Virus record (IMG/VR): IMGVR_UViG_3300049924_000195
Span: 1-42,795 of that record
Length of the DNA stretch: 42,795 nt
Origin: a virus
Lineage: Duplodnaviria; Caudoviricetes
Reading direction: 5' to 3' (one strand)
Part shown: positions 8,046 to 15,774 of the stretch, piece after piece
Numbering within the stretch: the stretch's first letter is position 1
Layout: each line of letters starts with the position of its first letter
The notes under the pieces: generated by a model
Databases searched by the model: none
What the model saw: the letters and a program-made list of their open reading frames with translations, nothing else
Told to the model about the DNA's origin: nothing
Position numbers and translations under genes: made by a program

Positions 8046-8315
8046 ATGATCCACATGGCGCCATACGGCTACTGCCCGACGTGCGGCGCCATTGGCGTAT
8101 CGCGCGAGCGCCGGCCGAACGGCGATGATCGATGCAGCAATGGACACGTCTACGCTTCGGCAAGCGCGGTTGGTCGACCACAACGCAAAGCGCCAGAGCC
8201 CAACAAATTGCTTGCCGACCCCGAGGCTGTGGCCGCCATCAAGAAACTGCAGTCTCTTGGCTACCCGGTTCACATGATCGCAGACGCCTACAAGGCTCTG
8301 CTCAACAAGTCCTAG
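8046..8315 (+). CDS. Small Zn-ribbon protein
   Basis: YGYCPTCGA..RERRPNGDDRCSNGH. Confidence 0.7.
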   Translation: MIHMAPYGYCPTCGAIGVSRERRPNGDDRCSNGHVYASASAVGRPQRKAPEPNKLLADPEAVAAIKKLQSLGYPVHMIADAYKALLNKS

Positions 8316-8326
8316 AAAGGCCCGCC

Positions 8327-8509
8327 GTGCGACCCGCCAACAACGACAAGCAGCGCAGGCACCGAACCGCGACACAGGCTGCGGCCATCCGGTCGGTGCG
8401 GTACTGCAAGAATTGTCGTCGAGGTCAACAGCCGCACAAGTTTGATCGTGGCGACGGCCGCCTAATGTGGTGCTGTCGTTACTGCAAGCATGAACACTCA
8501 GCAGTTTGA
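8327..8509 (+). CDS. Small Zn-finger protein
   Basis: CKNC...CRYC; GTG after a linker and stop within the next linker. Confidence 0.65.
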   Translation: MRPANNDKQRRHRTATQAAAIRSVRYCKNCRRGQQPHKFDRGDGRLMWCCRYCKHEHSAV

Positions 8510-8519
8510 AAGGCCCGAC

Positions 8520-8780
8520 ATGTGGCAACCGATAGAGACAGCGCCCAAGGGCGGCGGAGCTGAAATGGTGACCGACCCTAATTGGGTCGATCCGCCGCAG
8601 ATCCTGCTCTACTGCGAGAACGGCGAGCAAGTAGTCGCTCGCTGGGATTGGTATTACGCAGAAGGCGGACGCGGATACACCGATGGCGTGGCGTGGATTG
8701 CATTCAGCGAGCAGGTCAACACTAGCATCGCAGAGCCGACGCACTGGATGCCGCTTCCGGCTCCACCCGCAAACCAATAG
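8520..8780 (+). CDS. DUF551 family protein
   Basis: MWQPIETAPK...PTHWMPLPAPP. Confidence 0.85.
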   Translation: MWQPIETAPKGGGAEMVTDPNWVDPPQILLYCENGEQVVARWDWYYAEGGRGYTDGVAWIAFSEQVNTSIAEPTHWMPLPAPPANQ

Positions 8781-8794
8781 ATAGGCCACTTCAC

Positions 8795-9076
8795 ATGAGC
8801 TTCGAACACCCGTATCCAGATCACGCCTATCTGGAAGTTGACTCAGAGACGAATGAGAAGCGGTGGTTCGGCACTAAGGGTATGGGCGTGGGTTACGTGC
8901 ACGAGGATCGCGTGGCGGAAGATGTCGCAGCAGCTATTGCCGCAGAGCGCGAGGCGTGCGCGATCCTCGCTGAGATGTATCAGGACATTGCGCGAGACTC
9001 AGAATTTGATACTGGCGTGCTTCATGCGCGAGCGGGCATTGCTAAGGTAATCCGCTCACGCCGCAACCCAGCTTGA
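8795..9076 (+). CDS. Hypothetical protein with EREACA module
   Basis: AEREACAILAE...IAKVIRSR. Confidence 0.7.
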   Translation: MSFEHPYPDHAYLEVDSETNEKRWFGTKGMGVGYVHEDRVAEDVAAAIAAEREACAILAEMYQDIARDSEFDTGVLHARAGIAKVIRSRRNPA

Positions 9077-9086
9077 AAGGCCGCCC

Positions 9087-9362
9087 ATGTCAGAGCCGCG
9101 CAACAAAGCACTGAAGGCGTTCGAAGCGCTACGGGCTGACGTGGAGCAGTTCGACGACCATCCGCAGCCGGAGGGGTCTAGCTTGTTCAGCGACAAGGTG
9201 CCGCTCTACATGAAATCGTATCTCGTCAACTGGCTTCGCAACTTCGTGCGAGACCACGGCGACGACGTGCAAAATGCGTTAAAATCTGAAAAGCAAACAC
9301 AGGCCCGATATGAAACTGTCAGAGCAAGTTGCTGGTCTGGAGGCGCGGATTGTATTCGATGA
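9087..9362 (+). CDS. Hypothetical protein (probably extended by stop loss at 9300)
   Basis: ATG after a linker; reads through the next linker. Confidence 0.6.
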   Translation: MSEPRNKALKAFEALRADVEQFDDHPQPEGSSLFSDKVPLYMKSYLVNWLRNFVRDHGDDVQNALKSEKQTQARYETVRASCWSGGADCIR

Positions 9363-9510
9363 GGAATGCGTGCGGCTCCTGCACGTCATCAAGAGCACCG
9401 TCTGGGGGGAGGCCTGCTACGACCCACTGAATGACAGCACGCAGAAATTTGCGGCCCGCTTGACCGAGCCGGTGCAGGCGCTCTGTGACCGCCTCAAACT
9501 CAAGTTTTGA
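9310..9510 (+). CDS. Hypothetical protein
   Basis: ATG after CAGGCCCGAT; ends in a linker TGA. Confidence 0.65.
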   Translation: MKLSEQVAGLEARIVFDEECVRLLHVIKSTVWGEACYDPLNDSTQKFAARLTEPVQALCDRLKLKF

Positions 9511-9519
9511 AAGGCCGCC

Positions 9520-9720
9520 ATGATTACTGGCGAACCAAAAGACGATATCGTGATTGTGTTGCGGCGGGTAGAGACGCAGCTGCGCGTAGGTTACGTCATC
9601 AACCCTGACTTGGTTGTTCGGGCTGCTGATGAGATCGAGCGACTTCGTGAAGAATTGGCGGAGGCGCAACGGATCGCACGTCAGTGGCGCGATGTTGTCG
9701 CAGTGAACATCAGGAAGTAG
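9520..9720 (+). CDS. Ead/Ea22-like small protein
   Basis: DDIVIVLR..RAADEIERLREEL. Confidence 0.7.
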   Translation: MITGEPKDDIVIVLRRVETQLRVGYVINPDLVVRAADEIERLREELAEAQRIARQWRDVVAVNIRK

Positions 9721-9736
9721 AGAAAGGCCCGCCACG

Positions 9737-9892
9737 ATGGAAATCAGCCTTGAGCTTTACGAGCAGCTGAGCAAAGACCTCGCAGCGGCAATCGGGCTGG
9801 CATCGGTCTACGCACCAGAATTGCGCGATCGCCTGCTCCAGTCTTCGTCCGCGCTGGACGACGCCTACCACGCCGAGGAAACTGACGAATAG
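9737..9892 (+). CDS. 51-aa acidic protein (not in ORF track)
   Basis: MEISLELYEQLSKDLAAAIG...AEETDE, bounded by two linkers. Confidence 0.65.
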   Translation: MEISLELYEQLSKDLAAAIGLASVYAPELRDRLLQSSSALDDAYHAEETDE

Positions 9893-9903
9893 GAAGCCCC
9901 GCC

Positions 9904-9996
9904 ATGTGGCAACCAATTTCGACTGCGCCGCGCGACGGCACGCCCGTCCTGCAGCAGTCGCGATTTACGAAAAACGATAGAAAGGCCGCCCCGTGA
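9904..9996 (+). pseudogene. Truncated DUF551 remnant
   Basis: MWQPISTAPRDGTPVL then breaks off; the linker TAG at 9978 is out of frame. Confidence 0.7.
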
Positions 9997-10232
9997 CACT
10001 TGAAGAACTATTCGCCAAAACAGAAGATGGCTACGCCGACACGCACGCGATAGCCCATTATGCGCGCGCTATGGTCCTGCTAGAGCGCGAAGCATGCGCG
10101 ATGATAGCCGACCGGCGCGCAGCGATCTGTCGCGAAGCCATGGATGGACCGCCAGACAGCCTGCCTCATGTTGAAGTGCACACCATGAATGAAGCGCTGC
10201 ACATCGCAACCATGATCCGCAACCGCACTTGA
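9993..10232 (+). CDS. Hypothetical protein with EREACA module
   Basis: LEREACAMIAD...IATMIRNR. Confidence 0.7.
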   Translation: MTLEELFAKTEDGYADTHAIAHYARAMVLLEREACAMIADRRAAICREAMDGPPDSLPHVEVHTMNEALHIATMIRNRT

Positions 10233-10245
10233 AAGTCCCCGCCCG

Positions 10246-10473
10246 ATGACCGCGATGGTGCGAATATCGAGGGATGATGCACTCGCCGTTGCCCGGTGGC
10301 AGTACGCGGACCTGAGAAAGCAGCAGAAAGCTGGCAACCCATTTTGCCGGATGCTTCTGACTGAGGATGCGTGGTGCCAAATTCGCGCCAATGAAATCAT
10401 GCGTATAGGCGCGACCGACACGGAACGTGCGTACTTGATCCGCAATCGCGCTTCGGCGCAAAACAATAGTTAG
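10246..10473 (+). CDS. Hypothetical protein
   Basis: 75 aa between two linkers. Confidence 0.65.
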   Translation: MTAMVRISRDDALAVARWQYADLRKQQKAGNPFCRMLLTEDAWCQIRANEIMRIGATDTERAYLIRNRASAQNNS

Positions 10474-10578
10474 GCCGCCATGTCCGTCGATGATATCATT
10501 CGAGAGGAACTGGCAGCTACCACACCAGGATGACGGGCGCCGCCACGACACAGCACCACAGCACCCAGCTCGGCCATT

Positions 10579-10854
10579 TCAGCGGCCGAGGAAGGCTAAC
10601 CCCTGGACCACGGTCCACTTGCCCATAGCCACCCCGATCAGGATGGCGAGGCCGTAAATCGCCGGCAGGTAGTCGGACAGGGGCCGCCGGGGCGCTGGCG
10701 AAGATTCGAGGCGGGTCTCGACCTTCTCGATACGGTCTGTCAGATGGTCGATCTTTTCCTCGATTCGGCCCGTCGTCGTACCAAGAGTGTAGAGGATCGA
10801 GTCGAGCCCGGCGGCCGGCAAATTCGGCGATGATCGCCCGTTCAATTGTCGCAT
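10579..10854 (-). CDS. Coiled-coil plus C-terminal TM protein (holin/XhlA-like candidate)
   Basis: GRIEEKIDHLTDRIEKVETRLE followed by a hydrophobic helix; end of the lysis cassette. Confidence 0.5.
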   Translation of the reverse strand: MRQLNGRSSPNLPAAGLDSILYTLGTTTGRIEEKIDHLTDRIEKVETRLESSPAPRRPLSDYLPAIYGLAILIGVAMGKWTVVQGLAFLGR

Positions 10855-10870
10855 CGTTCATGGCTCGGGC

Positions 10871-11080
10871 TCAACTCGTTTTCGGGGGTTGCGGGCAAAT
10901 CGCGTCATAGGCGCGATTGTGGCCGATAATCTGGCGCTTGGTCTCTGTGGTGTCCAGCTTCGACCCCGCGATCGGCTGGAACGACTTGCACGAACTATCA
11001 ATCGCGAGTGTAGCGGTCCCGCAGCCCGTCAGCAGGCAACTGATCAGCGCTACGGCGGGCAGTCTGAGCTTTCTGTGCAT
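10871..11080 (-). CDS. o-spanin (Rz1-like lipoprotein)
   Basis: Lipobox ALISCLLTGC, overlaps the i-spanin in another frame, two further Cys. Confidence 0.7.
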   Translation of the reverse strand: MHRKLRLPAVALISCLLTGCGTATLAIDSSCKSFQPIAGSKLDTTETKRQIIGHNRAYDAICPQPPKTS

Positions 11081-11219
11081 TGGCGTTGGCCTTCTTTTCC
11101 ATCTTCGCAACGGCGACCTGTTCGCCCTTGGACCGCTGCACTGCGCGATCCCCCTGCCACAACGCCACCAACGCCACCAACGCCGCGATTACGATTCCGA
11201 TTGAGCCGAGATTCAGCAT
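10998..11219 (-). CDS. i-spanin (Rz-like)
   Basis: N-terminal TM and Ala-rich helix, ends LRDRYTRD; downstream of the endolysin. Confidence 0.7.
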   Translation of the reverse strand: MLNLGSIGIVIAALVALVALWQGDRAVQRSKGEQVAVAKMEKKANANAQKAQTARRSADQLPADGLRDRYTRD

Positions 11220-11304
11220 GAGGTATATTCCTTCCACCGAAGGTTATCAGGATCGCCATGGAGGCTGCCATGCAACGTGCCGGGGAAAGCCCGGCATTGT
11301 TATT

Positions 11305-12078
11305 TCAGCCGTCCTTGCCGAACAGTTTCGGCGCCAGCTTCGGCCCAAACACCATCGCGGCCCCGGCCGCCACGATCACCGCGATCGCTTTCGGGCTCGA
11401 CGCCGCGAATGCGCCGAATTCCATCGCCTGCAGCGCGAAGCCTTTCCAGGCGGCAGCGCTGTCGAGGATTGCGGTCGGCGGCTTCGGCAAGCTCGGGATC
11501 GCCTGCACGACACCCACCGTCGACCCGGCGACCGTGGTAGTCGCGACCACCGCTTGCGTGGCCGTCACCGGCTCTTTCGGAGGCTCGACCTTTTGCGCAA
11601 TTGCCGGTAATTCCTCACGGGTTGCGAACATCGCCGCTTCATTGGCGCGGCGAATGGTCAGTCCACGCAGCGCGACTTTCTTGCCCTTGACCGTCGCCTT
11701 GTCCCACTTGGCGAATTCCTTGCAGGCGCCGGCATGGTCGCCTTTGTTTAGCTTCTTCAGCAGCGACGAGTTTTCGAGGGCGCCAGTTCCGACATTGTAG
11801 GAAAAGCTCACCAGCGCGTCGAACTGGCCTTGTGTCAGGTCGACCGTCACCAGCCGGCGCACCGCCGCCTCATGCAAGCTCAATTCCTTGCGGAACATCG
11901 CCTTGCCTTCCTCTTCGGTGACGATCATGCCGCCGACCACGCCCGACGTGCAGCCGGTGTAGATCGTCCACACCCCAGCCGGGCACAGATAGGCCGCATA
12001 GCGCCCGTCCCCAAGCGCCTTGAGCTTGCCCTCGGATGCGACGATGAGCTCCAGGCCGCGATCAGACAACAGCATCAC
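11305..12078 (-). CDS. Endolysin, GH24 phage lysozyme with hydrophobic C-terminal extension
   Basis: SEG..AYLCPAGVWTI..QGQFDALVSFSYNVG..GLTIRRANE. Confidence 0.92.
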   Translation of the reverse strand: MMLLSDRGLELIVASEGKLKALGDGRYAAYLCPAGVWTIYTGCTSGVVGGMIVTEEEGKAMFRKELSLHEAAVRRLVTVDLTQGQFDALVSFSYNVGTGALENSSLLKKLNKGDHAGACKEFAKWDKATVKGKKVALRGLTIRRANEAAMFATREELPAIAQKVEPPKEPVTATQAVVATTTVAGSTVGVVQAIPSLPKPPTAILDSAAAWKGFALQAMEFGAFAASSPKAIAVIVAAGAAMVFGPKLAPKLFGKDG

Positions 12079-12422
12079 ACCGCCCCTTTCAGTGCCGTGA
12101 TCGTAGCTTCAAGCGCTGCGATCCGTGCCTCCTGTCCGTCGCGCGCCGCCTGCGCTTCCTGCCGCGTTGCCGAGAGCGTTTCGGCGAGGCCGATGATGAT
12201 TTCCTTGACCTCGGACGGAGCCGCCGTAACGTTGGCCGCCATCGGCACCGACGCCAACGCCTCGGCCGGAGACGGCAGCGAATGCCGGTCGACCTGCACG
12301 ATTTTGACGACCGACACGCGCATGGTGTCCGGCCACTTGGCGACCTCGGTCTCGGCGTCGGTGGCGTCGGCGAGTGTCATGCGGCTCATGCTGCCGTCGG
12401 CGTGATGAATCTCGTAGAACAT
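12075..12422 (-). CDS. Hypothetical protein (possible tail fibre chaperone)
   Basis: Coupled to the tail fibre gene; C-terminal coiled coil. Confidence 0.6.
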   Translation of the reverse strand: MFYEIHHADGSMSRMTLADATDAETEVAKWPDTMRVSVVKIVQVDRHSLPSPAEALASVPMAANVTAAPSEVKEIIIGLAETLSATRQEAQAARDGQEARIAALEATITALKGAV

Positions 12423-13747
12423 CAGCGGTCCCCGAAGAATGTGAACGTGCCCTTAGTGAAGTCGACCGTCGCGAAACCCGAATTCACCGTTCCGACGCCG
12501 CACGTTGTCGTACCCGGCGTCGACGGCACGGTTGCCACGCCGTTGACGCCTGACTGTATGGCAGACCCGGCAACCGTGTAGTTTGCGGTCGCGAACGCCG
12601 TCGTAAAATTGATTGTGTACTGCCCGGCTGCGGTTCGCGTCACGCTCGACACGTTGTGCGATTCAAGCACCGCCCCGGTCGCGCCGGTAAATGAAACCCA
12701 GGCCTTGGCAACGCCGGGATGGTAGACCGTGTTGCCTGGCGCCACCCCAAGCACCAGACTGGACGCTGCCTCCATTTCAGATTGCGTGGCGAAGCGGCTC
12801 GTTCCGGTCTGCGTAGTGCTCGCCGCCTCCGACACCCACGCCGAATCACGATACTGGTAGTTGATGTTCGTCGACTTGTCGAAAACCACCCATCCGCAGT
12901 CGGTAAACGGCCGGAAAATCGCATAGTTGGATTGCCCGTCGTACATCACCACGTCATTTGCTGCACAAGCCGGCGTCGTCGACGTGAACGCGCCGGATGG
13001 GGCGCCGTTCAGCAGATAAAACCCGCCCGTGACCGGTGAGCCTGCGGGAGCGGTGCGTAGATCCTCGACCGCGAAGTCGCGCGGGCCGAACTGCGAGGCG
13101 TTGAAAAACGCCTGGAAATTGACGCCGTCCGAAATCAGCCGGACGCTATCGCCCTTCGCCCGCAGCAGCAGCGCCTTGCGCGCCGTGTCGGTGCCGTTGA
13201 CGACGACCTTGTCCGACCCTTGGGTGAGCAGGGTCACGATATTCGCGCTGCCGACGTGTTTGACGTCGAACGGCACGCCGATCGCGCTCGCAGCCGTCGG
13301 CAGCGTTCGCGTAAAGCTCGCCGAGGATGGGTCGGCGGCGAACACCTTGCCGGTGACGTCCGCGACAACCCAGGTGCCGCCCGTGCTGACTGACGACACG
13401 GTATAGGTCACGACCGACGCGGCCGAGGTTATGAATATGCTGGTATCGAGCGCGCCGCGAATGTTGTCGTGCGTCCACAGCGTCGCTGCCAGTGCGTCCT
13501 GGCACACGATCTTATAGGCGGCGGTGCCAGTGTAGATCAGGGTTCGAACGGACGAAGCCGAGGGATAGCCGCCGCTGTCGGTTGCGACCGAAGTTCCGAG
13601 TGACACCGATAGTCCGCTGTTGGAATAGACCGTTAGCGGCGTCGACGTGCCGGCGACATAGAAATAGAGCGTGCCGCCTGAAACGGGATTGCCGCTGGCA
13701 TCAAGGATGCGCTCGCCGGGCGGGAAGATCAGAACACTATCGGTCAT
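12422..13747 (-). CDS. Tail fibre protein
   Basis: N-terminal DASGNPVSGGTLYFYVAGTSTP head-binding-like domain, DUF2793-like middle, AKAWVSF..HNVSSVTRTAAGQYTINF tip. Confidence 0.8.
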   Translation of the reverse strand: MTDSVLIFPPGERILDASGNPVSGGTLYFYVAGTSTPLTVYSNSGLSVSLGTSVATDSGGYPSASSVRTLIYTGTAAYKIVCQDALAATLWTHDNIRGALDTSIFITSAASVVTYTVSSVSTGGTWVVADVTGKVFAADPSSASFTRTLPTAASAIGVPFDVKHVGSANIVTLLTQGSDKVVVNGTDTARKALLLRAKGDSVRLISDGVNFQAFFNASQFGPRDFAVEDLRTAPAGSPVTGGFYLLNGAPSGAFTSTTPACAANDVVMYDGQSNYAIFRPFTDCGWVVFDKSTNINYQYRDSAWVSEAASTTQTGTSRFATQSEMEAASSLVLGVAPGNTVYHPGVAKAWVSFTGATGAVLESHNVSSVTRTAAGQYTINFTTAFATANYTVAGSAIQSGVNGVATVPSTPGTTTCGVGTVNSGFATVDFTKGTFTFFGDR

Positions 13748-14017
13748 CTATCGCCACCTCGGCTTGAATTGCGGTCGCTGTTCGATGGGGAGTTGTCCAC
13801 CGTAAAGCGCATTCGGGTTATAGACCGGCATCTGACCTTCCGCCTCGGGGCCGACGAGCCCGTTCGGCATCAGCTGATATTGCTGCGACTGATCGCCCAG
13901 CGTCTCGTGCAGGCTCGGATAGATCGGGTGGCGCTTCTTGCCCATCAGCGCGTTGTACTGGTCGCCGTCTTCGAACAGTCGGCGCAGCGCTTCGTCCATC
14001 GCGGCGCGGTCGCTCAT
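13748..14017 (-). CDS. Small protein of the ejection cluster (NALxG motifs)
   Basis: ATGA coupled; YNALMG, PNGLVG, PNALYGG. Confidence 0.65.
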   Translation of the reverse strand: MSDRAAMDEALRRLFEDGDQYNALMGKKRHPIYPSLHETLGDQSQQYQLMPNGLVGPEAEGQMPVYNPNALYGGQLPIEQRPQFKPRWR

Positions 14018-15771
14018 TGGTCACCGCCATAGAGTGCGTTTGCTCCGGCGCCGGCCGTGCCCATGGCACCGGGAAGCGCGATCCCGTACTTGCGCAGTAT
14101 CTCAATCGTTGCCGGATCGAACACGACGTAATTGCGTGAGCCCTCACCAGCACCCCTAGAGCCTTGGTCTAGGTAGCGAATGCCGGGAATGCCTGATTCG
14201 CGAAGGGCGTTAGTCGCCTGTTGGCGCGCAAAGTCGCCAGGGTTCCCCCAGTCGCCATTGACCGATTTACGCGCTACGGCATTGTAGAAGTCGCTGCCCT
14301 TCGTTGGAGCGTATTTCGATGGGTTTGACAGAACATCGGCAAGGTTTTCCTTTGTAAACACCCCTAACGATCCCCCTTCGGGGTGCATAACGTCGGTAAG
14401 CGGTCCCAGGTTAGTATTGACACCGATCTCCCGCGTTTTAAGGCTTGGCGCCACGCGCTCATTATACAGTTGCTGAATTTTCTCGCTCTGCTGTGACAGC
14501 GGCTTATCCCAATCCAGGAAGTGCTCTGGATCGGCCTTGATGTTGACCTCGTACATATGACCGTTCACTTTAGACTGCACCGCATCTCTATTATCTTTCA
14601 ACCAATCAGCCGCCGCACGCCTGTATTTGTCGTTTCGGTAGTTCCTGAGATGACCCAGAGCTGCATCAATATCACCTTTGTGCTGAGCAACGTAGCGCAA
14701 TGCTTGGTTTTGCGGGCCAGTCTTGCCGAATCCATCAACATCGATTCCGTTGATCATTGTTGTTGTGGGCGACAGTGCATTTCGATACGACTTAGCCACC
14801 CCTTCATTCTCAGCAAAGTACAGCCCATGCCCGTAGGCTTGCGCGCCCTCACCAGTTCCGATCTTGGATGTATCGAACCTGTCGAAATCATGCGGGCTGC
14901 CGTGAAACGCCCGGATGCCCTTGGGTTGCTCGGGCGCCATGAGTGCATTCGCGCCTGCGCCACTTACCGCAGACATCACGTCGGCATGGTTCGGCAATGC
15001 CTGCCCAGGCGGCGTCGGTTCATTGAAGGCCGCAAACTCATCATGAAGGCGCTCGCCTGGGGCCAATTTTACGCCGGAGAATGATGCCTGTTTCTGATGG
15101 TGCAGATCGACTTGTGCACTATGGTAGTCCTGCAGTAGTGCCGCCATTTTCGGGTCACGCATCAAGACCCGTTCGGCTTCGAACCGCTCCATGACTTTGG
15201 TGCCGTTGGGGTACTGGATCGCATCAAGCAGCGGCTGCACCTGCTTGCTCAATTCGCCCTCGCGCACGAAGGCCATTGCGTGCTCTGGGGCGCTGTCGCC
15301 CCAGGCCGGCCAGCCATCAGGGCGCAACGGCGATTGCCCAGCGGTCGGCTTGGGGCTGCTGCCGAAACCCTGCCCAGGTGCTACAGCTTCCATGTCAGCG
15401 AGCGGCACGTGAGCTGCTTTCGGCTGGCCGCGTTTCAGCATCGGAAACAGCGCCATCGCTGCCAGCGGCAAGCCTGCTTCAGCCGCACCGCCATAATCAC
15501 CCCGCCTCAACGCATTGTAGGTTGTGCCGATGCCGTTCCCGATATCAGACCCAATGTGCCAAGGCAGCACGCCATGCGCAACGGTGTCTGCAACGCCTGA
15601 GGTCACCGCCCAATCGGCAGGCCGTTGCGGCGTTGGCTGCGGCGCTGCGTGATCGTTCTCCCAAACCGGCCCCATCAGCGCGTTCGGCTCGCGCAACTGC
15701 GTGCGGAACATGCGCGGGTCGATATAGCCCGCGCCATCCCCAAGCAATGCGTTGTAGTTGCCGTCAGCCAT
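14014..15771 (-). CDS. Probable injected protein with polyvalent-protein ADP-ribosyltransferase-like domain
   Basis: AFHGSPHDFDRFDTSKIGTGEGAQAYGHGLYFAE...GIPGIRYLD..NYVVFD. Confidence 0.7.
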   Translation of the reverse strand: MADGNYNALLGDGAGYIDPRMFRTQLREPNALMGPVWENDHAAPQPTPQRPADWAVTSGVADTVAHGVLPWHIGSDIGNGIGTTYNALRRGDYGGAAEAGLPLAAMALFPMLKRGQPKAAHVPLADMEAVAPGQGFGSSPKPTAGQSPLRPDGWPAWGDSAPEHAMAFVREGELSKQVQPLLDAIQYPNGTKVMERFEAERVLMRDPKMAALLQDYHSAQVDLHHQKQASFSGVKLAPGERLHDEFAAFNEPTPPGQALPNHADVMSAVSGAGANALMAPEQPKGIRAFHGSPHDFDRFDTSKIGTGEGAQAYGHGLYFAENEGVAKSYRNALSPTTTMINGIDVDGFGKTGPQNQALRYVAQHKGDIDAALGHLRNYRNDKYRRAAADWLKDNRDAVQSKVNGHMYEVNIKADPEHFLDWDKPLSQQSEKIQQLYNERVAPSLKTREIGVNTNLGPLTDVMHPEGGSLGVFTKENLADVLSNPSKYAPTKGSDFYNAVARKSVNGDWGNPGDFARQQATNALRESGIPGIRYLDQGSRGAGEGSRNYVVFDPATIEILRKYGIALPGAMGTAGAGANALYGGDQ

Positions 15772-15774
15772 TGG

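Larger units (their letters stand above)
7026..10482 (+). repeat. Dispersed intergenic linker stop-(A/G)AAGGCC(C)GCC-start, 14 copies including degenerate ones
   Basis: Copies at about 7033, 7283, 8032, 8313, 8507, 8778, 9074, 9300, 9508, 9718, 9890, 9978, 10230 and 10471; CCTAGAAAGGCCCGCCG is identical at 7281 and 8311. Confidence 0.85.

Noticed and set aside
7026-10482. CRISPR array or classical integron attC sites
   Set aside because: Repeats are only about 10-17 nt and degenerate, the spacers are whole ORFs of variable length, and there are no cas genes, attC-type hairpins or IntI
3779-10527. Inverted GCTACCxCxCCA match at the two island boundaries as transposon-like ends
   Set aside because: Only 10 of 12 bases in GC-rich DNA, with no target duplication or transposase; plausible by chance
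10517-10861. 114-aa minus-strand ORF as the last lysis gene
   Set aside because: It overlaps 10579-10854 in another frame; that frame has the more protein-like coiled-coil plus TM pattern, though I cannot fully exclude this one
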